Assembly: GCA_030295235.1 (NCBI GenBank)
Contig: AP026149.1
Location: 682,001 to 746,000 of the forward strand
From: Fistulifera solaris
Taxonomy: Eukaryota
Length of the DNA stretch: 64,000 nucleotides
Direction: 5' to 3'
The notes beneath the pieces are model-generated. The model did not search any database. It worked only from the letters and a program-made list of their open reading frames with translations, and was not told the DNA's origin. The number at the start of each line of letters is the position of its first letter. The stretch's first letter is position 1. Of the stretch, positions 48,199 to 58,650 are shown in pieces. The position numbers and the translations under genes are program-made.

Positions 48199-50784
48199 CT
48201 AAATACCATCATCATCGTCAACGTCTCCGTTGCTCACCCCTGCAACAACATCCTGCTGATAATACATCTCAAGTATTTGGTCGCTAGTGGTAGCATCCTC
48301 GGGACGCTTGTCTTCGCGGATTCGTTCAAAACGCGGGAATCGTAACCCAATGCCACGACCCGCCTCTCCTGTCTTACCAACTGCGCCACGATGCGCAGAA
48401 GATTTGGATAAGTCTGCTGCTTTAACTTCCCACACTTGTACGGCATCGAACCAGACATCGCACTCCAATTGATCTGTCACATTGTACTGTGACGTTTTAG
48501 CAGGAATGACGTGCTGATTCAAACTATCTGCCAAACCCTTCAAGTCCTCTTCGGAAAATCCTGTTCCAATCTTGCAAACGCTTTGAAACTCTTCCGTATC
48601 GGCGTCATAGCAGGCTAACAAGTACGCCCCGTACACACCCGTGCGTTTACCGCGACCATGATAAGCCCCCAAAGGCACCAAGTCAACGCTATCTCCCAAA
48701 CCTTCCAGATAGTCCTTTTTGAGTTTCAACCAATTTAACGAACGCCTAGATGGTTCATAGACGTCATCCATTGTTTTCACCATCAGTCCTTCGCAACAGC
48801 CCTTCACCGCTAGGTCCAAGAACTCCTCAAGAATTGTCGTATCTCCATCTTCTTTGTGATCCAAGTATGTAGCGTACTGAAACTTTTCCGGAATGGGCAA
48901 GAAGTGTTCTTGCAACAACTGACGGCGCGTTTCCAACGACTCAGACAACAGCGATCGTCCGTTCAAGTACATGAGATCAAAAGCATGAACGATGATTTGT
49001 ACCTTTGCTGATTCGGCCGAAGCTTCTGTCTTTTGCGGGTCGATAAAATCTGAAAGGGCACCAATTTCCCGTCTTTAAAGGCGACCACTTCGGCATCCAT
49101 AACGTACGATGTGACATTGCTCTGTTGCGCGGCTTTGACAAACACCGGTACTTCGGGATACTTTTCCGATGTGTCCTGTCGAACAGCAAGAAGTTAAGAA
49201 AAGTGAATCAAGACTGCCCAATTAAAAAATGTCCAATGAATCACACAATCTTCACACACGTACCAACAGGTTACGGCTAAAGACCTTGGTCGTGCCGTCT
49301 TCCAACAAGTGAATTTGCGCTCGTTCTCCATCGTACTTGTATTCGCAGGTGAACTTCTGTCCATTCAAACGCTGCAATACTTCTTGAATCGATTTGGTGG
49401 GTTTTGCCAACATGGGTGCCACGGGAATGCCGGGCGTCAAAGTACAAGCTTGATACATGGCAGTGAGAGGAACCCGCAAGGCCGCATCCAACAAGGCATC
49501 GTAGGAAGGAACTTCCGAATACGCGCGTTTGATGATTTGCACCGCGCCTTCCAGTCGCTTCTCAATGGTCTGTTGTTTGTCAAGGTACTGTACGACTTCG
49601 GCGGGGTAATTTGTTTTCGTTTGATTTTCCGCGTTTTCGGATTCCCGATGATACGCGGTTAATGCTAACGCATGTGCCAACGAAATCAGGACTGTCGATT
49701 GTGCCAATCCAATGCGCAATTTCCCTTGCAATCCCCGCACAATGTACTTCATTTCCAATGGGTCTTGACACTTGACGAGCAACATCTTAATCTTATCCAC
49801 TTTCCATTTCTGTGACTGATTGCCCTTGGTTTGCGCAATTTCTCGAAACGTCTGCAAGACCAAGTTGGCCGTCAGTGGCGCTTTGGGTGTCTTGGCGGCA
49901 AAGAATCCTCCCAAGGTAGTTTGTTTGGACTTGCACTGCTGTGCAACAGTCCCCAGATCACCCGCTTGTTCGTACAATTGCTTGACGCGATTGCTTCCGA
50001 CGGCTTCCGCCACTGCCTTGATCAAGAGCGAGTCCCCAATGCCCAATTCGACATTCTCACACGCCGGCGCGACGGAATTAGATGTCAAGTAGAGTGCGGT
50101 ATACAAATCATGCGGTGCTAACAAGAGAATGGAGCGAAAGAGCTTGGTGAGCAATTGTTGAATTTGCAGACGAGCAGTAATGGCTTCAATCTCGGCCAGT
50201 GTTTGACAGAGCACCGCGTAAGGGAGCGTCTGTGACCAAGACGCCGACTCAATTAACTGTTTGTCAGAGGGAAACTGTCCTTTTGGGGCGGCGCGAAACA
50301 AATCGGTGGGAGGAAGAGGTACGAGGCTGGTCGATGGCTTGACAATTGCCGCAGTCTCTTTCGATGGCGTGGTAAGAGATGTAGATACTGCTACTGTAGC
50401 TGCTTCCTTTATTGCAACTTTTGTCTCTTTCGTTAGTCCCTTATCCTTGGACTTGCTATCGTTGTTGTCACTCTCTACCTTCTTGAGCTTCTTCTCATCA
50501 CTCTCGTTCGACAATCGTTGTTTGCTTTGCTTGCCGTTTATCTGTTTTGTTAAAGGCAATTCTGTATCATTCATTTGAATAGCTTCAGCGTCTTCTTTTT
50601 CGTCTTTGTCATCTTCATCATCATCGAGAATGGCACGACGTTTGCGATTTCCCTTGTTTTGTTTTTCCGTTGCCTTGGGATCGTCGAACGAACTGACATT
50701 TTTGTTGTTTTCCGTATTCTCTTTGACGACTTTGAGTCCGAAAAATGCATCTAAATTGTATTGACGATTCTGTTTGCTGCTCAT
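48199..50784 (-). CDS. LIG1: DNA ligase I (intron 49176-49263; frameshift at 49031-49034)
   Basis: ELGIGDSLL, LQGKLRIGLA, PMLAKPT, CEYKYDGERAQIH (adenylated Lys), FDLMYLNG, EGLMVK, WLKLKKDYL, CKIGTGFS, LRFPRF..REDK. Confidence 0.97.
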
Positions 50785-51094
50785 TTCAAGAGACTATTAC
50801 AGGAAGAGAAAGGTTTTATTACAATCAACGAGAGCAATGCGATCAGGCTTCTCTGGCAATTATTATTTGCGTTGTCGTTCTCGCTCGGCTTGTGTCGTTT
50901 GTTTGACGCGCGGCATGTTTCCTTCGTCGAGATCGCAAGGTGGAGGGAAGCCGCAAAAGAATCGTCTTGGCCGGCGTCTCTCAACGGATAATTTTTTTAC
51001 TGAAAAAAGAATGAATGAAGCATCGGCGCGCTTTCGCGCTTTCCCCATCGCACTACCGTATGACTATCACTAGGAGTGTAGGCGGCGGCAGTTA

Positions 51095-51120
51095 AGTCAT
51101 GAGTCGTCAGTCATGAGTCA
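51095..51120. promoter_or_regulatory. Paired AGTCATGAGT motif in the divergent LIG1/glycosyltransferase intergenic region (candidate TF site)
   Basis: Exact copies at 51095-51104 and 51109-51118; the same 10-mer recurs upstream of other genes. Confidence 0.45.
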
Positions 51121-51599
51121 AGATCTAAGATCCATGTTTGCCCAAGATGCTTTCGTTACACTATTTTTCTCCTAATAACGCATTCGAGTTGTGATGAAAA
51201 AAAAACTGTAACACCACCTAAACTTGCAGACGCTTGCGAAAATAGCCAAATAATACGCGGTAGGCTTACGTAGGCAGTTTAGCTTTGCTGTCAACTACGG
51301 AGTACTACGTAATATGCAAGATATACTCTCTAGCACATGACTAGATTTCAGTCACGACACGGGAAATCGCACTGCAAAATAAAATGAACTGACAAGCAAT
51401 ACCGTAGCAATATCAATAGCAGTCCTTCTTCCAATAATTGCTGCTGTTTTCGAATCGTCTGTTTCTTTCGAAACTATTTCTAATGAGAGAAATGTACCGT
51501 TAACCGGGATAACTAAACAAAAAGAGCTTTACGGGTAGTCTTGTTGAGTATTCTTGCCTCACAATTCGCCTCTACGACATCCAGAGCCTTTCCTTCACC

Positions 51600-52877
51600 A
51601 TGCGTCGACGTCAACTGCCTTATTTTCTCCTTCAGTTCCTCTTTTTATCTTGTCTTCTTTTCTATTTGCTATCAGTTACGATACTATGGATGCTACAGGA
51701 TGATTCCGCAGCCATTATGCCGAACGAAACGTTTTTCTCGTCATCTTCTCGACACTCCCTAGCAGCACAGCCAGTCTATGTATTCTTATCTAGAGTCCCT
51801 CTTTACACTAATAACAACCTCACAAAGCCATTCTGTGTCGATTGGCATCATAATGTGGATGAATGGTGGTCGCATCATCCTACTTGGGAACTAGCACTGC
51901 AAAATACAACGCATCAATGTTTTCAACCCATACCGAATACACAACAAGCGCAACTTTATCAACAATTGTATCAGTTGCAGCAGCAACCACACCACAATCA
52001 TACAACAACTTGTCGCACGAAAATCATTTCCAATTCGGGTTGGGGCGTCGATTTGTCTTACGTGGTTGATGGCTTGCTCTATGCGTTACATCACGAAATA
52101 CCCGTCTTTCTGAAATGGCAGGGTCCTTGGCAATATGCACCAACCTCGTGCTCATCCCAAGATGCGCGTTGTCTGTTTCTACCCTTTTCCGCTCCGCCCT
52201 GTCGAGAGCAACCACCCGAACAACAAGCACGATACTGGCAAACTCCGTGGTCCGGTTATTCGAATCCACAAACACGATGGGTGTTGCAATATGTAACACG
52301 CGGCCAAACATGGTTGCGGCAACAGGCCATCCAGTGGGTAGACAGTGTATCGTTGCCGGACTCGTGCGATCTGGCAATTCATGTCCGACGGGCCGATGTC
52401 ATTTTGCACGGAGCATTCAGTCGACGATATCACAAACTAAGAGAATACGTGCAAGCCTATCTTGACGCGATGGGCAGCGATCAAACGACACCTCGTCATG
52501 TTCTCATATTGACAGACGACGCCAATGCCATTGGAGAAGCCCTGCAGTATACCCAACGCACCCATTTGCCGTGGCAGTGGTATTACTTTGATCGACCGCG
52601 GTTTCGAGGACCCGAGGGTGGTTGGGAAAATGCCATTCCATCGCAGGATCCGGCTATGGAAGTGGCCATTCTTTACGCATCGTTGCAGTTACTACAACGC
52701 TGTGCGGTATTAGTTCATTCGAAAAGCAATGTGGCCGATTATTTCTTTGCGATTATGCAGCTGGCGGCGGGCGATCATGTTCGACGTGTTAACTTGGATG
52801 CGAATCGGCCACACAATGAAGTTCACAATTCACTCAATGCCGAAACAGTACGATACTCGCGTGCGTTTGATGTGTGA
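51600..52877 (+). CDS. Type II membrane glycosyltransferase, GT23/FUT8 (alpha-1,6-fucosyltransferase)-like
   Basis: N-terminal TM anchor; SGWG; AIHVRRAD (cf. HVRRTD), ILTDD, VHSKSNV corresponding to fucosyltransferase motifs I-III. Confidence 0.7.
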   Translation: MRRRQLPYFLLQFLFLSCLLFYLLSVTILWMLQDDSAAIMPNETFFSSSSRHSLAAQPVYVFLSRVPLYTNNNLTKPFCVDWHHNVDEWWSHHPTWELALQNTTHQCFQPIPNTQQAQLYQQLYQLQQQPHHNHTTTCRTKIISNSGWGVDLSYVVDGLLYALHHEIPVFLKWQGPWQYAPTSCSSQDARCLFLPFSAPPCREQPPEQQARYWQTPWSGYSNPQTRWVLQYVTRGQTWLRQQAIQWVDSVSLPDSCDLAIHVRRADVILHGAFSRRYHKLREYVQAYLDAMGSDQTTPRHVLILTDDANAIGEALQYTQRTHLPWQWYYFDRPRFRGPEGGWENAIPSQDPAMEVAILYASLQLLQRCAVLVHSKSNVADYFFAIMQLAAGDHVRRVNLDANRPHNEVHNSLNAETVRYSRAFDV

Positions 52878-52927
52878 ACGTTAGTTCCGTTAGAAAGTGA
52901 CTACGACAACTTTGCAAATATGCTCGA

Positions 52928-55723
52928 TTAAAACCAATAATTAACACTGATCGAGGGCGTCAACGACCGGACGTAATGCCACATACGCGCGGGAATGTAC
53001 AATCCATCTCCTGGATGCAAAACCACCTCAGTATACGATGCCGTTTGGGCTAACGGATGTTGTTGCCAGTCTTCGTTTTCGCAATGCAAAGCGCTCATAT
53101 TGCCTTGTGCCGCCGTACCGCGCGTTGTCTTGGAGATGACGTACAGCTTTGCCTGTTCCTCGGCTGGATACAGTCGCACGTACTTCACCCCAACCACTTG
53201 TACCAACCAATTGTCGTAGCTGTCATAATGAAGTGGCGTACGGGTACCGGCACTGCCGAGCCACACATTCGTGTGCGTCGGTCCCTGTGTTCCACATAAA
53301 GGAGGACTCACATCGACAAATTCTTTCAAGGCGGGAATCTGTTCCAGCAAAGGGTGCTGCGCCAAATAAATAGTAGAAGCGCTGTATTGCTGGGCCTCTT
53401 GCAAACTCCAAACTGGATTTTCGACTTTCTCATCGGCAGCTCGAATCGCATGTATCAAATTTCGTAAGGAGAGAATTTCTTCCCGCATGCGTCCACAGTC
53501 TTCAGTTGCAAGCATCGAACCCCGTTCCACAGGAATTTGTCTGTGTCCATGAATTTGGCCAAAGACTCCTTCCAAGTCATGCCAAGCAGTGACGGCGGTC
53601 CAATCACAGGCGAACTTGCGCAATACCAAGGGACGCGAGACTAGGACATGATTCGTCGAAAATGTACGGTAAAAAGGTGGTTCATGGAGTTCGTCAGGTA
53701 GAGGATATTGAATTGGATGCGACAAACCGTGCTGTTCGATCCGTTGTTTCACAGTGGGGTCCGCATAGTTGGGAAGGAGAATATTACAAGGAAGCATAAC
53801 AGGTAATTCTGAAATTGAGTAAGCGTGATGCTCGACGTACGCCATAAATCCGGTCAAGTGAGGATCGTTCCTCACGGGCAAGCCTAGAACCATGCCCCGA
53901 TCTAAAAAGTCCAATGCATCGAGAAAACACCATCGATGAGCTAATCCCAAGGCTGCGACGACCACAGCACACCAATAAGCATTCCGATAAGCTTCATTAG
54001 GCCATGCATTTGTAGACTCCAACGACGAATACAAGATAGATACTAAATCACTTCCCAACAACTCCATGAGAGCGAAATCCTTCTGTTCGATTCCTTGCAC
54101 GCATTTTTGAAACAGTGTCACAAGCTCAATTGGTAGCAAGCCACTATGTTTTTGATCGTGGACCCAAATGTTAACAAAGCTCGATGCTTTGGCAAATAAC
54201 GGGAGCGGTGTAGCGCCATACACTACGTGATTACGGATAGAGTCGAGGCGTTCGAGACAAGCTTGTAGCTTTTGTTCTGAGTCTTCCTCATCAGTGTCAG
54301 CTGGCGTCTGTATATCATTATCGTCTTCCTCATCATCTCCGTCTTGTCCAAACAAGTCACCCTTGTCGTCGTTGTCCTCTCGGGCTGAAAATTTTGATTC
54401 TTCACCTTCTTGTTCTTTGGTACACTTCGAGCACGTACAGACAAATCCGTAATTGACCAGCGCTTGCTGACGTTCTTCACATGATTTGTTTGAATGTTCA
54501 ATATAAGATATGGTCAATTCTTCGCCTTCTTGAATATCTTTGATAGCCAGTGCAAATATTGTGAGCGGTCGCTGCCACGACGGATTGCTGTGGTAAACAA
54601 GGAGTACATTGGGATCGCACGAATGATTCATTTTGCAGGCCGTCGCGTACATTGCCGTCCCATCGAGAGGAGGGAAAATCTGATCCAAATCATCCCCTTC
54701 TGGCGCGGTCATGGAAGGTGCGTCGTCTGAAGGCGTTTCAGTGGCTACGTCTGTGACCATGCCGTCTTCTCTAATATATAATTCCGAAAGAAACTTGGCA
54801 ATCTCATCCACGGAATAATCCCAGTCTCTGTCAATCATAGCTAATTTGGCAGTAACCTCTTGCTCGTCATCTTCGTCCGCGCAATCGGTGTCACAATCAT
54901 CGCCGCCGATGAACCCGGCTTCTGCAAGGCATTGCACTATATTCGAATGATACATTTCTCGAAAATCTCGATCAAAGACCTCCCGACAAAGCGGATGACG
55001 CTGTCTGACACCAATGGCATTCTGTTCACACGCTCCTACGCGTTTGGCAATGTCTAACGCTGTAATCAGAGGAATCGTATGATTGTGTTCCGTCATCTGC
55101 AAGACTTGATTCAACAAATCGGCAGCGTCTTGACACAGATTTCGGATCGATTGATTCAAAGTGGCTGTTTCGGCAAAAGCCCCTGGTTGATGTTTCAATT
55201 CGAGAGTCGCGACTTCCCACCATGGTTTCATGCAGAAATCGTTCCACTTGGATTCTGTGCGTTCCCCTGATGATATCTGATGATGTTCTAAGATCCACCA
55301 CTGTGCAATCAACAAGAGAATCTCGTTGCTTTCGACGGCTAGTTGTTTAAATAACACCAAAGGATGTTCTTCATCATCGGCTATATTCCCTGTACACAAA
55401 AAGCGATGATGCATTCGCCAAGCAGCGTCTTCACAATCTTTGTTGCAATAGACGTAGCCACACTTTTGCCGACAAGATGCAATTATGGTTTTGCAAGCAG
55501 CTAACGACTTGGAAGGAAAGCGATGCTGCATAGCGTCGGCAGCATTACCCACAAAGCCATGACACGAATGACAGACCCACGCTTGCTGCGTATTCAATCC
55601 TAAACTCTGCTGAAAGAGCATCGGACGTTCACAAAAGATCAAATTATGACGAGACAAATCATATCGAGCTCGTAAATGTCGACCTTGTTGTTCGTTGCAA
55701 CAAATATCATACAGAGTGGTCAT
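52928..55723 (-). CDS. SET/MYND (SMYD-like) lysine methyltransferase fused to JMJD5/KDM8-like JmjC dioxygenase
   Basis: Single 931-aa ORF: GRHLRA..IFCERP, MYND Cys/His (CHSC..C..C.YVYC..C..W..HH..LC), NHSCDPN, GEELTISY, YGFVCTCSKC; then LDRGMVLG, YLAQH.L.EQIP.L, TPLHYDSYDN, GVKYVRLY, WHYVRSL..SISVNYWF. Confidence 0.93.
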   Translation of the reverse strand: MTTLYDICCNEQQGRHLRARYDLSRHNLIFCERPMLFQQSLGLNTQQAWVCHSCHGFVGNAADAMQHRFPSKSLAACKTIIASCRQKCGYVYCNKDCEDAAWRMHHRFLCTGNIADDEEHPLVLFKQLAVESNEILLLIAQWWILEHHQISSGERTESKWNDFCMKPWWEVATLELKHQPGAFAETATLNQSIRNLCQDAADLLNQVLQMTEHNHTIPLITALDIAKRVGACEQNAIGVRQRHPLCREVFDRDFREMYHSNIVQCLAEAGFIGGDDCDTDCADEDDEQEVTAKLAMIDRDWDYSVDEIAKFLSELYIREDGMVTDVATETPSDDAPSMTAPEGDDLDQIFPPLDGTAMYATACKMNHSCDPNVLLVYHSNPSWQRPLTIFALAIKDIQEGEELTISYIEHSNKSCEERQQALVNYGFVCTCSKCTKEQEGEESKFSAREDNDDKGDLFGQDGDDEEDDNDIQTPADTDEEDSEQKLQACLERLDSIRNHVVYGATPLPLFAKASSFVNIWVHDQKHSGLLPIELVTLFQKCVQGIEQKDFALMELLGSDLVSILYSSLESTNAWPNEAYRNAYWCAVVVAALGLAHRWCFLDALDFLDRGMVLGLPVRNDPHLTGFMAYVEHHAYSISELPVMLPCNILLPNYADPTVKQRIEQHGLSHPIQYPLPDELHEPPFYRTFSTNHVLVSRPLVLRKFACDWTAVTAWHDLEGVFGQIHGHRQIPVERGSMLATEDCGRMREEILSLRNLIHAIRAADEKVENPVWSLQEAQQYSASTIYLAQHPLLEQIPALKEFVDVSPPLCGTQGPTHTNVWLGSAGTRTPLHYDSYDNWLVQVVGVKYVRLYPAEEQAKLYVISKTTRGTAAQGNMSALHCENEDWQQHPLAQTASYTEVVLHPGDGLYIPARMWHYVRSLTPSISVNYWF

Positions 55724-56562
55724 TCTCTTCGTTTTTCTTCTATATTATAAGAAAAGAGTGGAGTCGGAACAACTTTAAAGATAAAGGAAGCGCTCTAAAC
55801 AAAAGAACAACAGTAACAACTAAACAACAGAAACGAAAATGGTTGGCTTTCGGACCTCGGCTATTATTATACCTGGTACTACTACCAGGACTAAATCTGT
55901 TGAGGAGTCATAAAAAAATATTATTCCTAAGGTTGCCTACTATTTGTATTATGGTGAGTCCATTGGAACGAACCTAATACATCTCATTTCGAAAAAAAAA
56001 CCATCAGCGACGACAGCATCGGTCAACATCAATCATGGCATCTCTAGCTCACAGGGAACAGGGAGTGCTTATGGTCTATGCTTTAGGCTTTTGATTGGCT
56101 TCGAAAAGCCGCGAACGCAGAATGATTTGCTCCATCACATTGTCTTTAAAACATTTTCCGGGACTGACGTTTTTTTGATTCACAAAATGTCATTCCTGAT
56201 GACTGATGACTGATGATTCTTAATTCGTAACCTTATTCTGTTACTTGGTATCGTTTCATTATACTTCGATTCAAAAGCGCATCTCGCAACGCAATAATAA
56301 CTTATTCGCATCATGTTTATTACATTCTTTGTTTTGTTTGATCATAAATACTGCAAATATTGGACGCGGGGAATATGTTTTGCAGAACTGACTCCCACTT
56401 TCGTGAAAGCATAACTCTCAAGGATAAAAAAAGACACACAATATATTCAGGCCGTCCGTACAACCAATCATTTGAAAGACTAGTTGGCTAGTTGAGAAAG
56501 TACTTAGGAATACAACATACGTTTATGATGACATGGTGAAATTACTGGCACCTAACCGTCCT

Positions 56563-58650
56563 TCACTGACATAAAAGATGAGATTCACGGGGTCGAATTG
56601 GATGGCAAAGTTCTAATCCTACGTCCGAATAGGAGGGAATGCTGGGACGGCGTTGGGGTTTGCGGGGCGACACATCCGTCACCGTTTCTATCAAAGTTTT
56701 GGCGGCCTCACGTGCGTTTTGTAATTTTCGAACCATGGTTGTCATCTCAAAATCGGTAACTGGAGGTTCCGCAAAACTGATGGTCTTTTCCACTTTGGGC
56801 TTTTTCTTCTTCTTTGTGCTTCTTCTTCTTATCCTTTTTCGACTTTTTGTCCTTTTTGGATGACGAACTGCTTTTTCTTTTCAGTGACTTTTTCTCCTTT
56901 TCTTCTTTCGACGATTCTTTCTTCTTTTCCTTATCTTCCTTATTCTTCTTCTCCGCCTTTTCTTCGTCTTTAATCTTCTTGTCCTTCTTACCCTTCCCCG
57001 CCTTTTCTTCTTCTTTAATCTTCTTGTCCTTCTTATCCTTCTCCGCCTTTTCTTCTTCTTTAATCTTCTTGTCCTTCTTATCCTTCTTCGACTTGTCTTT
57101 ATCTTTCTTGCTGTGCTTTCGCTCCACCTTCTTCGTATCACGCGACTCTTTCGAATCATTGGAACTACTACTGCTGCTGAGGCCAATAGGGACGCGTTTG
57201 ATGGAAGGGAGTCGGCGTAGCGTAGGTAAGTCGAAAAGCGGCAAATCATCATATTTAGGAAGAAGTAACTCGGGAAACGGTCTTCTTCGATGTCTTCGGT
57301 TTTTGATTCGCCAATCATTCCGTCATCGCCACAGTCCGGGGCATCACTTGTGGGAGGGAGAGACCATGTGAAATGCAAACCTTGCGGACGGTTGCAGATC
57401 CTCACAGGTTCCGGCTTTTCTTCCACCACGGTACGCGACAAGCTTTTGTGCAGTTGATCTTGCAGACGACCGAACCGAATCTTGGGTTTTGATACCTGGA
57501 GCGGTACCAATGGAGCCGATGACCGCGCTACTTCCTTTCGAACGGTTTCGGAAAAGGTAGTTGGGAATTCCATGTCCATGGGTACTTCGAGACTCTTGCA
57601 CTTGTACTCTTGCTTGCAAGCAGCAATTAGCTTGGCGTACTTTTCCGATTGCATGTAATCTTCTGGGAGGTCTACCGCAACATAAACACTTCGAACCACA
57701 GATCGTCGTCGACTCAGTTGTTCGAGTGGGAGGCCAGCGGAAGTCATGGACGATGGTGTATGTACCCGGACAACAGTATCTTCTTTATCTGCTGTCTTGT
57801 CTTTTCCACTTGAAACTTGAATCGTTGCCCGTCTGCGTTCAAGAGCATCGTTTTCAAGCCCTTCTTTGTATGCGTTCGCAGCCATTTTCATCTTCTGCTC
57901 CTTTGCTTGTTGCAGGAAATGCGCTCGATGCGACTTCTTTACTTTGTCACGCAATGATCCAAGTAGCCCTAGTGACTTTCCCGTTTTCTTTTGAAACATA
58001 TCGAACATTTCATCTACGTCTTCAACTTTTGCTTCGACATCGATTTCGCTCGCGACGGTTTTCTCCTCTCTAGATCGCTTTTTCTGTCCAAATCTGCCTC
58101 CGACTTTGGAGACAAGTTTCTTTGGATATTGCAGGCTCGTTGTGCATGTTTTCATCATTTCAAAGAGTCGCGCTTTGGTCTTGATATAATTGGTATTGTT
58201 TCTCTTGGAAGATGAGTCAGAGATCGACTTTTGTGGAGAGTTTCTTTGTGTAGACTCAAAAATGCTGACTCGATCTTGAATGGAACTTCTCATCAATTGA
58301 CGAGACGAGCGACGGATCGTGTTAGGCCTCCTGTGGACGTCGTCTTCTTCGGTATCACTATCGTCGCAGATTTCGATAAGTTCTTCATTTTCTTCGGCTG
58401 ACACGGACATTGAAATCGCGAGCCGCGATCGCTCTTGCGAAGACGATTCAAAGAAGGATGTTCGCTGTCTAACCAATGGAGAGAGACGAGGCGAAAGACT
58501 TTTTCGCTCCATCGAGGAGTCATCATTGTAATTGTACGTAAGGGTTTGCTCACTTGTTTTACCTAGCAGTACTGGTGCAGTTTCCTGCCCAGCCTTGTTT
58601 GTGTGTAATGGACGAGACACTGGACTGAAAGGGCTTTCCGATGAGCACAT
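56563..58650 (-). CDS. Low-complexity Ser/Lys/Glu-rich protein of unknown function; probable frameshifts ~57272 and ~56815
   Basis: Long ORF from 58650 continues after single-base corrections into a KDKKDKKIKEEEKAE repeat region and KTISFAEPP...; no recognisable domain. Confidence 0.6.
56951..57085 (-). repeat. Coding tandem repeat, 3 x 45 bp (KDKKDKKIKEEEKAE-type units)
   Basis: Three near-identical 45-bp units visible in the C/T-rich plus strand. Confidence 0.85.

Noticed and set aside
4140..57280. Programmed ribosomal frameshifting as the cause of the many split ORFs
   Set aside because: Shifts go in both directions, share no slippery-site or stop-codon context and mostly fall in homopolymers; sequencing error is simpler.
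56814..57371. Phe/Ser/Leu-rich plus-strand ORF, and the Arg-rich tail of ORF 56881-58650
   Set aside because: Antisense shadow and out-of-frame reading of the Lys/Glu repeat region.
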